A stretch of DNA of 64,000 nt from Escherichia phage EC.W14-3, in sequence record PP496998.1; one strand, written 5' to 3'. The translations under genes were made by a program, and so were the position numbers. Under the pieces are notes generated by a model. It saw only the letters and a program-made list of their open reading frames with translations. It had not been told where the DNA came from and did not search any database. Within the stretch, counting starts at the first letter, position 1; each line of letters begins with the position of its first letter. Positions 60,410 through 64,000 of this stretch are shown in pieces.

Positions 60410-61027
60410 GTGAGCTTAGTAGCTGATTTTTCTCATTACTATAATGGTACATGGATTGCTAAACGAGCAGGCAATGTCAACCTTCCGTGTTTTGTGATTG
60501 GTGTTGAGCAGAGCGGTAACTTCCGCAGCGATGACTTCTCGCATGAAGCAGAACAGGCTCTGTATTTTGTTGTAGAGCAGTGGTACAAGAACGAGCATGG
60601 GAATCTCCGAAACACTACGATGAATATTCCAGTGTTCGACCCAACCTTGATTCTTGAATCACCTGATGTTGGTTATCTGTTCCATAACGGTAACACTGTA
60701 AGCTGGACTCATATCAACCCTGTTCGTCAGAGAGCGAAGGGTTTGATGGGTAACAAGATTCGAAACGCTCCGGGAATTGGTCGTTCGATCTCTGGTGAAA
60801 TGGTTTACAGTCTGTTCAATCCTGAATTTGATGGATTGGTTACTCGTTATATTTACATCAATCCTACAGATGGTAAAGTGCATTATAAAGGTGCACTGGT
60901 AGGTCAGGTAGATCTGGAAGCGCCTCGTGACTCTTACGGTCAACAACCGATGCGACTTCTAGAGCATTTTCATCACATCTCTGAAAACCTTAGCAATTAT
61001 AATATTACGTTGGTGGATTCGTTATGA
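60410..61027 (+). CDS. hypothetical protein (205 aa) between the two amidoligase-like genes
   Basis: GTG start with GAGG SD; no motif recognised. Confidence 0.35.
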   Translation: MSLVADFSHYYNGTWIAKRAGNVNLPCFVIGVEQSGNFRSDDFSHEAEQALYFVVEQWYKNEHGNLRNTTMNIPVFDPTLILESPDVGYLFHNGNTVSWTHINPVRQRAKGLMGNKIRNAPGIGRSISGEMVYSLFNPEFDGLVTRYIYINPTDGKVHYKGALVGQVDLEAPRDSYGQQPMRLLEHFHHISENLSNYNITLVDSL

Positions 61028-62127
61028 CAACTGTAGCGCAAACTTTTGGATATCGAGAAGGTCGTTTAACTGAGGCGCATAGTTCAATTGCACTTCAGTG
61101 CGGTGTCGGTATTGAACTTGAACTCGAAGGTTCTGAACATATCGAAGCAGATATGTGGGATTGCACAGAGGATGGTTCCCTGCGTAACGGTTGTGAAATG
61201 GTATGTTCACGACCTTACAACGGACAGGAGTTGTTAGACGCTATCAACAACCTGAGTGAAGCAGTAGCTGAATCGCACGCCGAGGGGACTTGGCGTTGCT
61301 CTACTCACGTTCATATGGATATGAGGGATGCTGATAGTAATATCCTCAAGAAAACCATTCTCGCTTGGACCTTCTATGAAAAGATGTTGTTCAAGTGTTC
61401 AGGCTATCATCGTTACCGTAGCAACTTCTGCCCTGCTTTCGCAGTAGTACAAGCACAGGTAATGAATGCCTCTGACGCATTTAACTACGACGATGAAGAG
61501 TTCTTCAACCGTCTGGTTCGTTCATGGGATAAATATACATCTCTGAACCTTCTGCCACTTTCCCAATACGGTTCGATTGAGTTCCGTATCAGTGAGCCTA
61601 AGTGGAAACGTGGTCAACTTCTCAATCTGGTTAACCGCTTCTTGATGTTGAAGAAGCTGGCTTTAGATAACGCAGAGATGAGCAATGATCAGTTTATCGA
61701 GCATTTAAATACTGTACGATTTGCCCCAATGCTTCCTTACCTTCCTCTGGATTACAATCTGGACGAATCGGATTTGCATTCAGGGTATTGTATGGCCCGT
61801 GATGTTTTGTATTGCCGTTCTCATGGAGTAGAGCAGTCTGGTCGTATTCGTTTACGTCGAACCAACTCCAACGGAGAAGTTCTTGTTGACTTACGTCTTA
61901 TCTCAAACTTCTACGGATTCCTTGGATATGTACGAGGGAACGCTAACAACTTGTACCAAGAGATTCTGGTTATGCTTCGTACAACTGACCTATCTCAAGT
62001 AAGACACGCTCCAGAACAACGTATTCGTGCTATTTTTGACTTACTACGTGAGTCTGGTCATAGTGATAGCAATATCACAGGGTACATTCCAGACCATCTG
62101 GAAAATCAGTTAGAGCAAGCGCTGTAA
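61024..62127 (+). CDS. amidoligase (GCS2/YbdK-type carboxylate-amine ligase, glutamine-synthetase-like fold), putative
   Basis: N-terminal VGIELELEG, DGSLRNGCEMV and STHVHMD motifs. Confidence 0.5.
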   Translation: MTTVAQTFGYREGRLTEAHSSIALQCGVGIELELEGSEHIEADMWDCTEDGSLRNGCEMVCSRPYNGQELLDAINNLSEAVAESHAEGTWRCSTHVHMDMRDADSNILKKTILAWTFYEKMLFKCSGYHRYRSNFCPAFAVVQAQVMNASDAFNYDDEEFFNRLVRSWDKYTSLNLLPLSQYGSIEFRISEPKWKRGQLLNLVNRFLMLKKLALDNAEMSNDQFIEHLNTVRFAPMLPYLPLDYNLDESDLHSGYCMARDVLYCRSHGVEQSGRIRLRRTNSNGEVLVDLRLISNFYGFLGYVRGNANNLYQEILVMLRTTDLSQVRHAPEQRIRAIFDLLRESGHSDSNITGYIPDHLENQLEQAL

Positions 62128-62206
62128 TCAATGGGTGCCTCTGATAAAGGGGCACAATTTAAAGGTTAATTAGATGAAAGGGTTTACCCTTCAGGTGGAT
62201 TAGAAA

Positions 62207-64000
62207 ATTTGTGGCATCGTATTAGCTGGCGGTAATCTGTCAAGCACTGATTTAGACGTATTTAACCAACTCTTTTATGCTGGAGTATTCCGAGGACAAC
62301 ATTCCTCCGGTATCTTTGGTCAGCGTAAAAGTACTAAGGAAGTCTTCACTTATAAAGAAGCTCTTCCTTCTTTCGCATTCATCCTACAAGATGAGTACAA
62401 GAAGCACACCACTGGTGAAACAGCTTACACTGTAGCACCTTCATGGATTGTTGGTCACAGCCGTCATGCAACGAAAGGTGCAGTTAACGCCAAGAACGCC
62501 CATCCTTTCCAACATGGTAACATCACTCTGGTTCATAACGGAACCTTGATGGACCAAGATCTGTTACCTGACAGCAAAAACTTCGAGGTAGACAGTGAGA
62601 ACATCTGCCACTCTATTAACACTATTGGTGCAGCAGAAACTATTCAAAAGCTGGATGGTGCTTTCACCTTAATCTGGCATGATGCTTCTGATAACCGTCT
62701 TCATATTATCCGTAACGAAGAGCGTCCATTCCACCTCGCACGTTGTAACAGAGATTGGTTTGGTGCTTCTGAAGAAGACATGTTGATGTGGATTCTGAAG
62801 CGTTCTAGATCTCACAAGAACCGTATTGATGAGCATTTTGAATGTAAAGTTGGTACAGAGTATATCTTTGACATGTCAAACAACAGCATGACTCTGGTTG
62901 AAGAGGTCGCCCACGAGCTTCCGGTTTTTACGGTAATCAATCGTTGGGGCAATTACTACTCGAACAACTACAGCCAAAGCAATTATCAAAGTTCCTCAAA
63001 AAGCAGTACAAGCAATCCTTACGACACGAAGCCGGGAGTGACAGCGGCAGACGTTCGTCGAAGAAACGCAGTGGTAAGTCAAAACAAAATCGCAAGCGAT
63101 CGAAACATTGATATTCGCCGCGATATGACTGTGGAAATCACTCCGCATGAGTTTGTTCCTTATGCAACTGCTGGTGCTGTTCCTTCTCGTGGTAAGATGA
63201 TTGGCTATATCTACGATGAGAAGTCTCAAGAGTACATCGAAGGTGATGTTCATAACGTAGACATTAAGGCTTATCAGGATGCACTGAAAGACCCTAAAAT
63301 TGTTTACCGTGGGACAGTATCCTGCATCTCCGAAGTCAATGCTATGGTCCGTTTAGTGATCACAGCAGGTCGTTTTGTTGACCCATCTCTGGAGAAAAAG
63401 GAGCCTGAGTCAACTACTGCTGACTTCGATGATGATATCCCTTTTGATATGAATGATAGTTTCGTCAACAAGAATGGCGTTACTATCACTCGTAAATTCT
63501 GGGAAGCACACTCTCATGGTGATTGTGGTGGTTGTGACAAGCACATTGATTGGAAGGATGCACCTAAAGCAGTCTTCGCATATCAGTGCTATTGGCATCC
63601 TGAATGTCTGGAAGGTTTGACTAAACCTAAAGAGGAAGAGGAGGAGGAAACTCCTATTGGTGTTTGTGAAATCTGCGGTGAAGTTAAAACAGAAAATGAG
63701 TTCGATGATGAACTTAGTCGTCTTCGTGGTGAAGATATCTGTAAAACCTGCGCTGTAGAAGTAAAGAAGAAAGTATCTAATGCTACAATCAAAGATGGTT
63801 ATGTCTGGATTAAAGCAACAGATACAACAAACGCCCGTCGTCCTGAGTTTGCTTTACGTGTAACTGAAGAAATGATCGGTCGTATGACTGTATTACCTTC
63901 CTCAGCGAAACAGACAGGCATCACTCTGGAGGATGTTGTTGATGCTTATGTTGAGAAACGTAGCAACAGTATTTTTGCAATCTCAACTAAGCCAAAAAAG
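62207..64000 (+). CDS. class-II (Ntn) glutamine amidotransferase domain protein with Cys-rich C-terminal region; partial, runs off window end
   Basis: open frame from 62204 to the window end; CGIVLAGG at the N-terminus, GHSRHATKGAVNAKNAHPF, LVHNGTL, later four CxxC pairs; putative ATT start with AGGTGG SD 8 nt upstream. Confidence 0.5.
   Translation, partial: MCGIVLAGGNLSSTDLDVFNQLFYAGVFRGQHSSGIFGQRKSTKEVFTYKEALPSFAFILQDEYKKHTTGETAYTVAPSWIVGHSRHATKGAVNAKNAHPFQHGNITLVHNGTLMDQDLLPDSKNFEVDSENICHSINTIGAAETIQKLDGAFTLIWHDASDNRLHIIRNEERPFHLARCNRDWFGASEEDMLMWILKRSRSHKNRIDEHFECKVGTEYIFDMSNNSMTLVEEVAHELPVFTVINRWGNYYSNNYSQSNYQSSSKSSTSNPYDTKPGVTAADVRRRNAVVSQNKIASDRNIDIRRDMTVEITPHEFVPYATAGAVPSRGKMIGYIYDEKSQEYIEGDVHNVDIKAYQDALKDPKIVYRGTVSCISEVNAMVRLVITAGRFVDPSLEKKEPESTTADFDDDIPFDMNDSFVNKNGVTITRKFWEAHSHGDCGGCDKHIDWKDAPKAVFAYQCYWHPECLEGLTKPKEEEEEETPIGVCEICGEVKTENEFDDELSRLRGEDICKTCAVEVKKKVSNATIKDGYVWIKATDTTNARRPEFALRVTEEMIGRMTVLPSSAKQTGITLEDVVDAYVEKRSNSIFAISTKPKK

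Noticed and set aside
62996-63792. Minus-strand ORFs 62996..63253, 63304..63489, 63410..63598, 63589..63792
   Set aside because: Antisense to the long plus-strand GAT-II ORF that runs off the window; artefacts

Overview
The window reads as most of the genome of a lytic, tailed dsDNA phage (podovirus-like); no integrase, no host housekeeping genes and no rRNA were seen. Layout: (i) 1-12.3 kb, plus strand, replication and middle genes: an HNH homing endonuclease, a family-A (T7-like) DNA polymerase polymerase-domain ORF, a metallophosphoesterase, a gp2.5-like SSB, an overlapping Rz/Rz1-type spanin pair, a macro-domain protein, a phage sigma factor, a DprA/SLOG-like protein, a P-loop kinase, a 5'-3' exonuclease and a second HNH endonuclease. 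(ii) 12.6-42.3 kb, minus strand, one long morphogenesis block: small and large terminase, portal, scaffold, major capsid protein with a candidate -1 frameshift extension, tail fibres, a GH24 lysozyme, an SLT transglycosylase and large internal virion proteins. (iii) 42.3-43.5 kb, an ORF-free divergent control region with iteron-like repeats. (iv) 43.5-64 kb, plus strand, early and accessory genes: sigma70-type promoters, a 1.7 kb ORF-free promoter-rich stretch, tRNA-Arg(UCU), an eight-member family of ~80 aa proteins, and a terminal cluster of two amidoligase-like enzymes plus a class-II glutamine amidotransferase that runs off the window. The sigma factor, the TAATGTATA motif and the tRNA-Arg are compatible with a phiEco32-like phage, but that is from memory and unverified. 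The best candidate for a new system is the amidoligase/GATase cluster at 57.4-64 kb. All calls rest on reading the ORF translations and the sequence by eye; no database search or folding was run.
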